From IMG/VR virus record IMGVR_UViG_3300012983_000002: 64,000 bases of DNA; one strand, written 5' to 3'. How positions within the stretch are numbered: position 1 is the first letter of the stretch; each line of letters begins with the position of its first letter. The notes beneath the pieces were generated by a model that saw only the letters and a list, made by a program, of their open reading frames with translations, was not told the DNA's origin and made no database searches. A program made the position numbers and the translations under genes. This stretch comes from a virus. Its lineage: Duplodnaviria > Heunggongvirae > Uroviricota > Caudoviricetes. Positions 17,452-28,070 of this stretch are shown here, in pieces.

Positions 17452-19965
17452 TTAAACAGTCTCTTGTTGGACGTAGAAATTATAGTCAATTTTCTTCATC
17501 TTGGAAATTCCTCCTTTAGTTGGATCACCAGATTCCACTTTAGCAGGTTCGTGTAAAGCTGGGATATCTTTGCCGTCAAACTTCCAGATACTGCAATTTT
17601 TTCCAGGCCAAGGATAACTATCCGCGGAAGTCGTCGAACTAGAGCTCTTAAGTCCGCATTTACTCCATTTCACCTCACATAAAGTTTTGCCCGGACCGTC
17701 TGGACTTGTCTCCGCCTCTAAAATCATTGGAGGCTGCTTGTATGTCACCCACTCGTCTACCTGACCTTGACCCACATACCACTGATTAAATTCCCACATG
17801 TAATCAGACCACACCTCATCTACAGTCACATTGACGGTTCTATCTCTTGTAGTTTCTACCTGAGCCTTAAGTGTTGCGTATGTTTCTTCTTCCGCATCTC
17901 CAATAGGTATACTTGGATCAATTTTGTCCATCTCCTTAGGAACTCCAATGCGCTCGTTAGGACCCATGAATCCATTTAACGCTGTGGTCATGTCTGAGCG
18001 TACCAACCCGTTAACTTCTATTGACGCAGGTGTAACAAGGACGTTGTCTGTTATTTTAGCTGATAGACAATCAAACATTACAGCAGGAGCCTGTACGCCG
18101 TAGTATGATCCTGAGCTGACAGAAACTCCGGTTAACGTATACATATCAATAGCCCCCTCGCTATGAATATTGATAGGACTATTAGGCATATCTGTTTTTA
18201 AATACACAGGAGCTGCCGGTCCTGATGTAGCAGCTGTAAGCTCTTGTTTACCATGCAAAGCCAGCCTACCTTCCGCCGCATCAATACAGATAGCATACAT
18301 ACCGGGATGCTGCGGGTAAGGCGGTGTGCCGCCCTCCACAGGATAATCCTCGTTGGGAGATTCTTTATAATCAGACTTTAACCACATTAATCCAGCTTCG
18401 CACAGAGCGTTCCAGGCAGAACGGGCTTTCAACCATAGGGCTCCGGCTATTGAAGTTATTTCAACATGGTCCGTAGCTTTCATGGCTATATTCTTCGAGC
18501 TAATAGATAAAGTTCCTCCGCACTGAATATCTATATTTCCCGGAGCGGCCAACTGTATGTTACCTTGGTTCATGATAACAGACGTGGTTCCAGGATAATC
18601 CTTTGTACCATTAGCAATCAGTGATATTGACCCTGATGGGTCGATAGATAAGATAGCCGAACCAGCGTACGGAGTGTCGCTTCCAGGATTAACCTCCTCT
18701 TTATCCTTTTCTTTTGCCGTTGGTGATGGTTCCTCACTAACTTCATCCTCTCCTAGCACCTTGCAATACTTACTTTTACTGAGAGCATTCCAGCGTTCGA
18801 GCGAATGCCATAATGTAATATAGCGTGCCCAACTTCTCATCTGCCAGCAGGATACTGTTAGATCCCTCCAAGAGTCTGTACCATTTCCCCATAACTTCAA
18901 GAAACTCTTATCCAGATCTTTAAATGCTTTCTCAATATCAAACTCAGGATCGTTCCAGTTATGTTTTACTTCAGGAATAACAACACAAGGCGACACCTGT
19001 AAATGCACACCTCCTACCGATTGAACCATGAGCATACCGTCCGCTCCTACCCAACATCTGTATTTACCAGCACGCTCTGCTCCATCAGCATAATTACTAA
19101 GCGCCTTAGTTGGATCTGATACCCAAGTATGAATCATATCCCCTAAGAAACCTACATACGTAGACTTTCTCCATCGGCCTGTTGCATTTACAGGGTCATC
19201 TACCTTGGACGGATCCACAACATTAGAGTTGCATTCTATAAGTTCTGCGTGCTCATCATCCTTACCTTCAGCCTCAAACCCATAACCTGTGAAATGATCT
19301 TCTTCTACACACTTACCGTCTGCGGCCCAAATTAACTTATCTCCTCCGACGTTATGGTGTACGAAATAGTTATCTACAATACGCACCATGTCGTTCATCA
19401 AGCCCACCTCAATCTTAGCAAGCTCACCTGCAGATAATTGCGCCATATTTATAAGCAGACGTAACCATACACCCATATTGTTAGAGTATTCCTTCTCGCC
19501 AGGAAGAATATCTTTACCTGGGGTGTATCCGCCTGCTGTTGCTAAGGCTGCCTCACCGCGACGAACACCGTATGCTGGGTCATTGATTACTTCAAAATTA
19601 ATATCACCAGAAGCCGGTACAGAGAAAGTTGTAGGATTATCTATCACCTCAGCGCCAACACCACCGATCACGTAGCTCTGGTTAGGAGTGTATACTACAA
19701 GCACTTGAGCCCCGACTGTAGGCATTGCAGTCTGATTAAATCCTAGCATCGAAGCTAGAGAGTCTGCGGCGAATACGCAATTATCTATCTGATAGCCGTT
19801 TAATATTCTAGCTGAAACTTTTCTAGTAACAGGGTCAGTTCTTATAACGCTTCCTGGATATACTGCGAATGCTGTAGGGCGCTCCTGCTGTGTTACTGCA
19901 GCTTGTTGCGATGAGGTAGCTGCTCCAACATGGGAATCTTTAATTGCTGGTGCTGTATTTGCCAT
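17452..19965 (-). CDS. Putative baseplate central spike (gp5/VgrG-like)
   Basis: N-terminal OB-fold signature (MPTVGAQVLVVY...YVIGG) and beta-helix-like repeats (GNIQLAAPGNIDIQCGGTLSISSKNI). Confidence 0.7.
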   Translation of the reverse strand: MANTAPAIKDSHVGAATSSQQAAVTQQERPTAFAVYPGSVIRTDPVTRKVSARILNGYQIDNCVFAADSLASMLGFNQTAMPTVGAQVLVVYTPNQSYVIGGVGAEVIDNPTTFSVPASGDINFEVINDPAYGVRRGEAALATAGGYTPGKDILPGEKEYSNNMGVWLRLLINMAQLSAGELAKIEVGLMNDMVRIVDNYFVHHNVGGDKLIWAADGKCVEEDHFTGYGFEAEGKDDEHAELIECNSNVVDPSKVDDPVNATGRWRKSTYVGFLGDMIHTWVSDPTKALSNYADGAERAGKYRCWVGADGMLMVQSVGGVHLQVSPCVVIPEVKHNWNDPEFDIEKAFKDLDKSFLKLWGNGTDSWRDLTVSCWQMRSWARYITLWHSLERWNALSKSKYCKVLGEDEVSEEPSPTAKEKDKEEVNPGSDTPYAGSAILSIDPSGSISLIANGTKDYPGTTSVIMNQGNIQLAAPGNIDIQCGGTLSISSKNIAMKATDHVEITSIAGALWLKARSAWNALCEAGLMWLKSDYKESPNEDYPVEGGTPPYPQHPGMYAICIDAAEGRLALHGKQELTAATSGPAAPVYLKTDMPNSPINIHSEGAIDMYTLTGVSVSSGSYYGVQAPAVMFDCLSAKITDNVLVTPASIEVNGLVRSDMTTALNGFMGPNERIGVPKEMDKIDPSIPIGDAEEETYATLKAQVETTRDRTVNVTVDEVWSDYMWEFNQWYVGQGQVDEWVTYKQPPMILEAETSPDGPGKTLCEVKWSKCGLKSSSSTTSADSYPWPGKNCSIWKFDGKDIPALHEPAKVESGDPTKGGISKMKKIDYNFYVQQETV

Positions 19966-20009
19966 AATAAAAATAAACTGTGGTAGAATTTTAACTCTAC
20001 CACAGTTTA
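19966..20009 (-). terminator. Intrinsic terminator after the tail tube gene
   Basis: Perfect 14-bp stem TAAACTGTGGTAGA/TCTACCACAGTTTA followed by TTTTTATT. Confidence 0.75.
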
Positions 20010-20034
20010 GAGTAAATATTATTAAATACCTGAC

Positions 20035-20469
20035 TTAGCTTGACAGGGATCCTACCATCCACTGAGCCTGGTCTGTTACTATGGTGGAGCCTACAGAAGC
20101 TTGAACACCTACAGACTGAAGGATGCATCCAGTACCAGTAATCATACCTGGATCCATACCGCAAACACCATTACCCTTAGACATAGCAAGTGTAGTAGTG
20201 TCGCAAGCATTACCTGGCTTGTAGGGCTGCAGAAGGCCTGTATCACCTACAGCACGAGTAATAGCCCAAGTGCCGCCGGACTGTCCAGCTACCATGTATA
20301 CAGAGTCTGAACCGACTTCGTACTGAGGAGTAATCTGACGCTGGTAGTTAATCGTCACCTGCTGGGCAAGCTTTACTGAGCTACCTCCGATGGCTACGAG
20401 AACCATAGAAGTAGACACGATATTACCGGGCCCCTTAGCTGTTTTATTATAACCGAAATAATCTGCCAT
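20035..20469 (-). CDS. Tail tube protein
   Basis: 144 aa, directly after the sheath; LAQQVTINYQRQITPQYEVGS is a tube-like motif. Confidence 0.75.
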   Translation of the reverse strand: MADYFGYNKTAKGPGNIVSTSMVLVAIGGSSVKLAQQVTINYQRQITPQYEVGSDSVYMVAGQSGGTWAITRAVGDTGLLQPYKPGNACDTTTLAMSKGNGVCGMDPGMITGTGCILQSVGVQASVGSTIVTDQAQWMVGSLSS

Positions 20470-20496
20470 ATTAATTAAATTCTATATTTTAGTTAA

Positions 20497-22542
20497 TTAG
20501 ATAGACACAGTAGCTACGTAGGCCATAGCATACAGCTTGATATTATTCAGAGGAAGAGGCAGGTACAGGTTCACATTGATAATAATGCGATCCTTGAATT
20601 TAGGATCCTGGTACACCTCTAATCCGTCCCAATCTACGAGAGATGGACCTACCATATCGTCTGTAGAATTCTGCGTAAACTCGGTCAGAGCCGCAGTGAT
20701 ATCAATCTTGATAGAACGCAGGGCAGCTGTGGTTACGTTAGCCTTGCCGATGTACTTGTTCACAATATCTGCAAGCGCGTATGAGATATTGTCGAGGTTG
20801 CGTGTGCAGGATTCCTCGAAGTACAGGTTACCCTTATCCATCTCGGTGGTAAGCTGATGACGGATGTAGCAATCAGTACCCTTAGTGTCCTGAGTTACAA
20901 TAAGAACACCGGAAGCTGCGATATCGTCAAGCTGAGCCGTAGTGTAACGTGAGTACATACGAGAAGCCTTGTTGATACCCTGAATCACGGTGTGTGTGAT
21001 AGACTGCTGAGGTACAACTGCGCTAGAGATACCAGCGATCTCAGCTGCAAGGAATCTGTTCGGAACTTCTACCACACGATCATCTTCTGTAGTAGTACCA
21101 CCGTCACAGAACACAACAGAAGCACGGCGTGTGGCATACTTGTGTGCCACTGCTCCAACGTACTCGATAGTGTTAGCTACCTTGTCAGCCTTGATAAGCT
21201 CGATAGCTGTTGCTGTATTGATAGATGTAACCGTACCAGACTCAGCATAAATCTCAGCATCCGTCTTGCTGGTAGTACCAACAATAGTATAAATAGCACC
21301 AGAGCTGACAACCTTAATCTTATCACCAGGACGCATGGCGACGTAAGAATCTTCCAGTGCTACGGACTGCAGGTCTACATTGTTAGAGGCGATTGTGATA
21401 CTTCCCTCCTTAGTACTACCATCCTTGACACTAATTGTAGCAGTAATATTCTTACCGTCATCTCCTGTAGAGGCTAAAGTGTACTCACCGGGATTATCGA
21501 CACCTACCAGTGTGCGACGCCACATCTTTACATCAGGCTCGGACATAGCGGCATTGTACTTAACAACAATGTCAGCCACGTCAGGATCTGAGGTAAGCGG
21601 AGCAAACGAGTATAAAGAAGAGTCGAACTCTGTCTTCTTCATGGCCAGTTCGAAATCTCCAGCCTTGTCTCCTGCGGTACGAATAGCATAAATAGCGCGA
21701 CCAGCTGAACCACGAAGAGCGCAGTAACAACCGTAGGCCAGATCATTCTCGATAGCGATGGTACCGAAGTTATTCTGAATGTCCGTGATGGTAGTAATTT
21801 CAAAGATATCCTCATCGGCATCCTTAGAAGACTTCAGTACGCGGAATTCAGGATACAGCTTACCTACATTTTTGAGCAATTCGTACGTATAAGTTCCCTG
21901 TGTAATATTAATAGCACCCGAGGTCTTGATGGAGTATTCCCCTGATATCGGACCATCGAGCATCCACACGGTACCCTTATCCATGTATCCACTGGTGGGA
22001 GTAGTTACGACAAATACAGAACCTCCTGTGGCCGGCATATTAAGAACAGGAGCATCCAGTGTGATAGTGCTGTTTACAACATCAACCTCGATAATAGTAC
22101 GCTTTACCCAAGAGGCTATATCTGTAGAAGTAGAGTCTCCCTTAATATAGACAAAGTTGCCAACAACAGGCTGTCCCTTGGTGAATACCGTAGTATTTGT
22201 AAATTCTGTAGCGCACTTGAACTTTCTAGTAGAGTTATTTACTGCACTCAGAGTAGCACTTCCGTTCTGATCCAGAATAACAAGCTCTACATCCTGTGCG
22301 TACAGTTTTACAGACTTCTCATCTAGAGTGTAATTCATTAGCAGGTCTTTGTTATACTTAACAGCCATAGTCATGGCAGTTCCAGTATAAATGTACCCCG
22401 TCACATCCTTTTCGATACCATAACGGTAGAGATCATATGTAGGACCAACGATACAGGCCGAAAGGTGATCACCAGTAGCCTGACGCGTGACCTCCAGAAG
22501 CTGATACACTTCCGCTAACGGTCTTGTATAGTTTTTTGCCAT
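20497..22542 (-). CDS. Tail sheath protein
   Basis: C-terminal sheath signatures: LAAEIAG, QLDDIAASGVLIV, YIRHQLTT, EESCTRNLDNISYAL..IVNKYIG, DRIIINVNLYLPLPLNNI. Confidence 0.9.
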   Translation of the reverse strand: MAKNYTRPLAEVYQLLEVTRQATGDHLSACIVGPTYDLYRYGIEKDVTGYIYTGTAMTMAVKYNKDLLMNYTLDEKSVKLYAQDVELVILDQNGSATLSAVNNSTRKFKCATEFTNTTVFTKGQPVVGNFVYIKGDSTSTDIASWVKRTIIEVDVVNSTITLDAPVLNMPATGGSVFVVTTPTSGYMDKGTVWMLDGPISGEYSIKTSGAINITQGTYTYELLKNVGKLYPEFRVLKSSKDADEDIFEITTITDIQNNFGTIAIENDLAYGCYCALRGSAGRAIYAIRTAGDKAGDFELAMKKTEFDSSLYSFAPLTSDPDVADIVVKYNAAMSEPDVKMWRRTLVGVDNPGEYTLASTGDDGKNITATISVKDGSTKEGSITIASNNVDLQSVALEDSYVAMRPGDKIKVVSSGAIYTIVGTTSKTDAEIYAESGTVTSINTATAIELIKADKVANTIEYVGAVAHKYATRRASVVFCDGGTTTEDDRVVEVPNRFLAAEIAGISSAVVPQQSITHTVIQGINKASRMYSRYTTAQLDDIAASGVLIVTQDTKGTDCYIRHQLTTEMDKGNLYFEESCTRNLDNISYALADIVNKYIGKANVTTAALRSIKIDITAALTEFTQNSTDDMVGPSLVDWDGLEVYQDPKFKDRIIINVNLYLPLPLNNIKLYAMAYVATVSI

Positions 22543-22577
22543 ATAATTATTTTCTTATTTAATAGTTACTTTGTCAA
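22543..22577 (-). promoter_or_regulatory. sigma70-like promoter, predicted leaderless sheath mRNA
   Basis: TTGACA-17nt-GAAAAT-6nt-ATG. Confidence 0.55.
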
Positions 22578-22582
22578 CGAAC

Positions 22583-23257
22583 TCAGATTAATGTGGACGC
22601 CGTTGTATCCACAGAGAAATCCTTTAATCTCTTTGATTCTCGAGCAGTAAATACTCTGTACTCGTACTCTATTTTAAACACTAAGGTGCTCTCATACCAG
22701 TGAGTATCATCATTACCTTCTGCTGTCTTCTTTGTAGGCTCCGATTGTGCTTGTAATTGGTAAATTCTTAACCAACTCCACGTATTAAAAAGCCTCTCAG
22801 ACAGAGCAAATAAAAACATAGCACACATATCAGCCATGAGGCAACTTATGTGCGCATCCTTATCCAGGCATTTAATCGTGATATTAGTAGAAGCTATAGT
22901 AGCCAGCTCTGTAGTAGACGTATCCGGAGATTCGTTAAGATAAGGTTGCATTGCAGGCAGCTGATAAGCCACACCTTCACCCAAACTAATATAAATGCCA
23001 GGAATTAGTTCTGTATCACCTGGATCAAAATTTGTCTCTGGGGATATAGTTAAGATATTATCCGCACCGGGCGTGTTGTCATAAGAGTAGCAAGCTAGCT
23101 CTTCTCCGAAATCCGCCATCTTTTCAGGAGAAGAATACGCCCATCGCAATAATGAAGTAAATGCCCTTCTAAGCGTATTTAACGTAGGAGAAGCATCCTT
23201 ATAACATCTGTGCCAGTCTTGCCAGCACGTACAATTTAACTTACTGTCTGCGGCCAT
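22583..23257 (-). CDS. Putative tail terminator/neck protein
   Basis: Immediately upstream of the sheath; IPGIYISLG resembles the P-x-I motif of tail-completion proteins. Confidence 0.5.
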   Translation of the reverse strand: MAADSKLNCTCWQDWHRCYKDASPTLNTLRRAFTSLLRWAYSSPEKMADFGEELACYSYDNTPGADNILTISPETNFDPGDTELIPGIYISLGEGVAYQLPAMQPYLNESPDTSTTELATIASTNITIKCLDKDAHISCLMADMCAMFLFALSERLFNTWSWLRIYQLQAQSEPTKKTAEGNDDTHWYESTLVFKIEYEYRVFTARESKRLKDFSVDTTASTLI

Positions 23258-24099
23258 GTTAATCTTCTTATCATTTCTGGATAGTTATCAGGAATAGGTA
23301 CAGCATAGCACGGATCGTTATGTGCCTGCAGATTAATTACAGCATCGTACGCAACAGGAATTACAGACTTAACTAGCTGAGCTTTTACGTTATTACTTAC
23401 GATCCATCTACGGTCTGTTGACACGTCTACAATCATATCCCCTGAACGAACAGGAGGGTGTGCTAAGAATACCGCATTTTGTACAGATTCGTCGTACAGA
23501 CCAACGTCTAAAATATTTTCTCTCACTAAACGAGATCCTATAAATCTCACATAAGTAAGAAACGGTCTGTAATAACCTCCAGCGTAGTACTCCCCATAGT
23601 CAGGCTCAGAATCAGGATCACTCCCTTTCCCGTCCAGGCATGTAGCTGTCGTGCGTTGTCCTACATCATCTATATTACCAGATATAGGTCCGTTCTTTAT
23701 ACTAGGATAATACAGAACAGGAATACCATCCTGTCTAGCCTGTAGATATAAGGATCTAGTTATATTGTGAGCTATCCCGAAGGCCTTGCGCTCGGTAGGT
23801 GTGAATAAGCCCACCTCCTCACTCTCGTACTCCTTCTCTTCGGGAGTTCCTTCTCCAGTTATAGCGAGAAGCTTGTAAGCAGGTACCTGAATTTTATTCT
23901 TAATATTAAATCCTGTGTCGGCGTACGTATTAGTACCTTCTACCGGTGTTGTATTAAGTAATTCCCACTCAGCTCCACCATCCCACTTTCTATACACGTA
24001 GAACTTAGCGCCAGCAATAATAGGATCAACAATCCAGGATACTATTGCGGTGTGCTTATAGTGAGAAGGAAAAATTCTGATATCCCTAAATACGCGCAT
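23236..24099 (-). CDS. Putative neck/head-closure protein
   Basis: N-terminal Fn3-like segment (VSW...FYVYRK...WELLNTTP...YAD) and PPVRSGDMIVD...RRWIV; position between adaptor and terminator. Confidence 0.55.
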   Translation of the reverse strand: MRVFRDIRIFPSHYKHTAIVSWIVDPIIAGAKFYVYRKWDGGAEWELLNTTPVEGTNTYADTGFNIKNKIQVPAYKLLAITGEGTPEEKEYESEEVGLFTPTERKAFGIAHNITRSLYLQARQDGIPVLYYPSIKNGPISGNIDDVGQRTTATCLDGKGSDPDSEPDYGEYYAGGYYRPFLTYVRFIGSRLVRENILDVGLYDESVQNAVFLAHPPVRSGDMIVDVSTDRRWIVSNNVKAQLVKSVIPVAYDAVINLQAHNDPCYAVPIPDNYPEMIRRLTWPQTVS

Positions 24100-24518
24100 T
24101 AATAACTACCCCAAGCTAAACTTCTATTAATCTCGGCTTTTCTGTCTACAGCATCCCTTCTCCACTGTCCAGCGAGCTCCGCTTTAAGGGCCTTGAAAGC
24201 CTCTAGACGTGTTCTTTCTAGGTCCACCCTAACATCACCAGTCTGCCAACTCATAAGGTTCCTAGAGAGCTTGTGAATGGCTGTAGAGTATAAATTAGAA
24301 AGTACAGCATCTAGGAAAATAGATGTATTGGCAGGTAGAGCTCTGCCAGATACAAATTCCACCTGAGGAGGCAATTGATTGTATCTGGCAGCAGCCCTGT
24401 CCATAGCATGTAAAATTTCCTCGTCAGAGAAAAACTGATCACAATCTATAGAGTTATCTCCAGGAAATCTGTCCTGTAACTCTTCACGCACTAATTCAAT
24501 TGTGATGTAGTTAGGCAT
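24099..24518 (-). CDS. Putative head-tail adaptor
   Basis: 139 aa; VREELQD...FFSDEEI...A resembles the motif of gp15/gp6-type adaptors. Confidence 0.6.
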   Translation of the reverse strand: MPNYITIELVREELQDRFPGDNSIDCDQFFSDEEILHAMDRAAARYNQLPPQVEFVSGRALPANTSIFLDAVLSNLYSTAIHKLSRNLMSWQTGDVRVDLERTRLEAFKALKAELAGQWRRDAVDRKAEINRSLAWGSY

Positions 24519-24528
24519 AGCGATTTAT

Positions 24529-25683
24529 TTAGTATAAACGACCGCCGGTCAGTCTCTCGATATCAGAGGTAGCTCTTGCTATATCTATAGTCTTTTCGTC
24601 TCTACGCTTGTTTAGAGCATCTACCTCTCTACTAAGAGATCTAAGCTCATTTGCGCGACGTACAGCATCGGCGTCAGTATCTCGTACACCTAAGAATTCA
24701 AGTGCTGAATTAACCGAATTCTCGAGAGCGTTCCTATCAGACCCATTAAATCCTATTCCTGACTGGTACGTGTCCTGACGTCTTGCATCCGATAGACGCT
24801 TAGATGCATCAGCACGTGCCTGTGCTAGTTCTTGGTTATTTATACCCACCTGACGGTTGTGAGCGTTAAGAGCATCATTAATTTGTTTATCTAGATCCTC
24901 TATCTGATGCCTAATTTCACTAGCACCATCACCACCGCTGCGAGCTCTTAGTGTAGCTGAGTCCGAAGAAGCTGAATTATCTCTCAGAGTACGCAACGAT
25001 GTCATAAGTCCTTTACGCTTTTCTACAAGAGACCGTACGCTTTCAGGTAGAGCTGCTGAAGATCCTGCTGAGCCCGCCGCGCCTAGTAACGCAGCTTCTC
25101 CTGGAGTATAACCTGCGGTTCCAGGAATATTGTTTGGTGAGGCCGCGGATGTATACGAGCTCGAACCCCCAGGAGTGTATATGCTGGTAGAGATACCTGA
25201 GCCTGATTTACCTCCTTTACCGAATACTAGAAGTTCTGGATTACCTAAGTAGTCATTAATAGCATCGGCTATACTGGAATCGCTATTTGAACGCCAGTTC
25301 TGGAATGCGGTAAATCCTAATGCAGGAGGTAATGCTCCAAATACACCAGCGTGAGTTAAAGCTGCCAGATAATTTTTGTTCTTGGTGTAATGCTTAATAG
25401 GCTGAACCATGTATTTATCATTAATCCAGCTGATACCTTTACCTACTGGCCTGAGAACCGAGGTTCCGCTGCCAAATATAGCCTTACCAGCACCACCTAC
25501 TACATTACCTGTACCTTTTATAAGCTGGCTCACACCCTTCCAGAAAGAAGGAGCTGCACTTTTCTCCATAGCAGAACTTTCAGCAACAAGATCTAACATA
25601 GCTGCTGCCTGCTTTTCATGAACACCGGCCTTAAAGCAGGTCTCTACAAAACCTTTAATATAACTATCTGTTAACTCTGCCAT
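24529..25683 (-). CDS. Putative internal head (ejected) protein
   Basis: N-terminal YIKGFVETC..AG..EKQAA..MEKSAA leader, one hydrophobic segment, Gly/Ser-rich linker, coiled coil. Confidence 0.55.
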   Translation of the reverse strand: MAELTDSYIKGFVETCFKAGVHEKQAAAMLDLVAESSAMEKSAAPSFWKGVSQLIKGTGNVVGGAGKAIFGSGTSVLRPVGKGISWINDKYMVQPIKHYTKNKNYLAALTHAGVFGALPPALGFTAFQNWRSNSDSSIADAINDYLGNPELLVFGKGGKSGSGISTSIYTPGGSSSYTSAASPNNIPGTAGYTPGEAALLGAAGSAGSSAALPESVRSLVEKRKGLMTSLRTLRDNSASSDSATLRARSGGDGASEIRHQIEDLDKQINDALNAHNRQVGINNQELAQARADASKRLSDARRQDTYQSGIGFNGSDRNALENSVNSALEFLGVRDTDADAVRRANELRSLSREVDALNKRRDEKTIDIARATSDIERLTGGRLY

Positions 25684-25704
25684 ATCTATTGCATATTTTA
25701 CATT

Positions 25705-25749
25705 AAAAAAATTATCTCAGCAAACCATTACAAGCTTGCTGAGATAATT
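25705..25749 (-). terminator. Intrinsic terminator after the major capsid gene
   Basis: 14-bp stem AATTATCTCAGCAA/TTGCTGAGATAATT followed by a T run. Confidence 0.8.
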
Positions 25750-25769
25750 AAGATTAACGGTTAGGTTAA

Positions 25770-26813
25770 TTAGTATGCACCGATAGCACCGAAGTCCTTA
25801 TCAGCTTGAGTAGCCTCGGCTCCGTTCAGTAAGCGGTGGTCACCACCAACACCAGCAACACCATCAACTAGCTCATCGAAGGTTACCTTCTGAACACCAG
25901 CCATATTGGCGATAGAAACACCCAGGATTTCCTTGCAGCTGAAGCGCAGAATGTCCTTGTCCTTCTTCACATACATGGTCGGCTTCTGGAGAACACCAGC
26001 GCGGCCCAGGTAGTTAGGTTCGGTGAATTCGTAGATGGCACCGTTAGGCACAAGGTCGGACTTCATGGTCACGATGAACTTGATGTCGGAGAATTCAGCG
26101 GTCTCGAAAGCACGTGAACCCTTCTTATTCAGTTCCTGTGAGAAGTCACCACCCATTTCATTACGACCCCAACGACGCAGTTCAGCGAACGTACGACGGT
26201 TGCAGAGGAATACGCCGTTCAGAAGGTCGTGGTCACCGAGCAGGAGGGTAGAAGATACCCAGTTGTTACGGTTCAGACGGCCAGCGTAACGTACGTTCTG
26301 CTGCAGACCAGTCAGCGGAGAAGGAGCACCGGCAATAGAACCTACGATCTTATTTACGCCAGCCATGAACTTGAAGTCCTTCTGACGAGACAGATCGCGC
26401 AGAGCGTTGTCGGTGATAACTTCGCGCAGGTCCATACGATAGGTGCGCAGGAAGTTAACGTCCTTGGTGAACTCAGGAGTAGTATTGCTGTAGAATACCA
26501 GCAGATACTTGTCACCGTAGTAAGGAGCGGTGTCCGGAGTATCGTCGAAGGAGATGGTCTTAGCACCCAGTGAGTCGGGTTCCATCTCGCAGATCATACC
26601 AGGATCTTCGCGATCAAGGAAGCGGTCCAGATCGGCGTTGGTAATGTCTTCGTGAGGGATGATAGCCGGGCTGAATGCATCTTCACGCAGCTTGCGGCGA
26701 GTCATCTTAGTAGCGGCCTCAGAGGCTTCTTTCAGGATACCATCACCGTGAGCGGCGAGGGCGTCACAAAGCTGCTGATTGAAGAGCTGAGGATTATCAA
26801 TTTCGTTAGCCAT
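25770..26813 (-). CDS. Major capsid protein (HK97 fold, predicted)
   Basis: 347 aa; follows protease, scaffolds and decoration gene; strong C-ending codon bias; followed by a terminator; C-terminal FSCKEILGVSIANMAGV fits HK97-type capsids. Confidence 0.8.
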   Translation of the reverse strand: MANEIDNPQLFNQQLCDALAAHGDGILKEASEAATKMTRRKLREDAFSPAIIPHEDITNADLDRFLDREDPGMICEMEPDSLGAKTISFDDTPDTAPYYGDKYLLVFYSNTTPEFTKDVNFLRTYRMDLREVITDNALRDLSRQKDFKFMAGVNKIVGSIAGAPSPLTGLQQNVRYAGRLNRNNWVSSTLLLGDHDLLNGVFLCNRRTFAELRRWGRNEMGGDFSQELNKKGSRAFETAEFSDIKFIVTMKSDLVPNGAIYEFTEPNYLGRAGVLQKPTMYVKKDKDILRFSCKEILGVSIANMAGVQKVTFDELVDGVAGVGGDHRLLNGAEATQADKDFGAIGAY

Positions 26814-26858
26814 AACTTAGTTATTTCTCTTTCTATTTGTTAATTTACTCAGCTAATT

Positions 26859-27536
26859 TTACAGAGCAGAATCCCAAATTACCATATAGGCGTTCGTGAA
26901 CTTAGAGGTAGAGTCCACAGCCTTACCGATAGATTCCTGATCAGCGCGAGCAGCAACTTCACCAGTGTAAGCAGCCGCACGGTTACGACCAGAGTGAGTC
27001 TCGGCTACATAACCGATAACCTTCTCGCCCTCTGCAGCTGGACGGATAAAGCCCTTCAGGCTGCGTTCTACTCTTATGAGAGCACCTGTCGAAGCGTTAA
27101 CGCCAGTCTCAGCCCATTCTTTTTCAGTATCAGCGCAGTAGGTCAGCGGAGTGCCAGCCTTATAAACAGCAGCTGTACCGGTAATAGCACTTGTGCTAGT
27201 AGCCTTAGTATAACGAGCGAAGAACGGAGTTGCGAAACGGAACTTACCGGAGCATAAGAGCCCGACAAGAGAGTCGGCAGCCATAACATCCCAACGCTCT
27301 ACACCATCCTGGGCGAAAGCGATAAGGGCGTTATCAGCATTAGCAGGAGCACCAAGTTTCCAAGCATTGCCTTCAGTGTTGGTAGAAATGATCATACCGG
27401 GCTGAATTTCGTCAGGCATACCTTCGGTGTCCTTAACGACTGGGAGCGCACTAGAGAGCGTGGTAGGATTCTGAGGATCCCATCCGCGCATTACATAACC
27501 GCGAGGATACTCGCGCTTGTACGTACCAAGAATCAT
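26859..27536 (-). CDS. Putative capsid decoration/cement protein
   Basis: Directly upstream of the capsid gene; IQPGMII, YKAGTPLT and VIGYV are typical of beta-tulip decoration proteins. Confidence 0.55.
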   Translation of the reverse strand: MILGTYKREYPRGYVMRGWDPQNPTTLSSALPVVKDTEGMPDEIQPGMIISTNTEGNAWKLGAPANADNALIAFAQDGVERWDVMAADSLVGLLCSGKFRFATPFFARYTKATSTSAITGTAAVYKAGTPLTYCADTEKEWAETGVNASTGALIRVERSLKGFIRPAAEGEKVIGYVAETHSGRNRAAAYTGEVAARADQESIGKAVDSTSKFTNAYMVIWDSAL

Positions 27537-27604
27537 AATTATTTAGTTCTTTCTTATTTAGATCTCGTTGATTTTTTATATGAAGCTAAACTACGAGAGA
27601 TTGC

Positions 27605-28051
27605 TTAGTTCCATAATCCACCTTTAGCAGCACGTAACCAGGCCTCATTTTCATCAGACTCTGTTGCGTTTAAGCTGTTAGAGGCGCTCTTAACACCCTT
27701 ACCCTGACGAGCAGGTGTGTCAGAAAGTCTAATAGCATTCATAGCGATCTTGAGCATCGAATCAGGATCAACAGCACAAGCAGCGTATTTCTCGCGGTCT
27801 GCGGCCTTGATAATAGAACGATCCACAAGCATGTCTACGAAAGCTTCCACGTTTTCCTGTGAAGCTGACGCGACCTTCTGCAGCTCTACCTTCTCTACTT
27901 TAGCAGCGGCCTCCTTTAGGGAGGCACACTGCTGTTTGAGAGATTCGTTTTCTGCAGCAACCTTCTCACAGTAATCCTTGAGACCGTGGAAGGTTTCCGA
28001 GGCCATCTTCAGCATAAGGTCAGTCTTATCTGCGGGATAGTATTGAGTCAT
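27605..28051 (-). CDS. Putative small scaffold/core protein
   Basis: Coiled-coil, 148 aa, eight K-x-A motifs. Confidence 0.6.
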   Translation of the reverse strand: MTQYYPADKTDLMLKMASETFHGLKDYCEKVAAENESLKQQCASLKEAAAKVEKVELQKVASASQENVEAFVDMLVDRSIIKAADREKYAACAVDPDSMLKIAMNAIRLSDTPARQGKGVKSASNSLNATESDENEAWLRAAKGGLWN

Positions 28052-28070
28052 ATGCTGTAAGATTTAAAAT

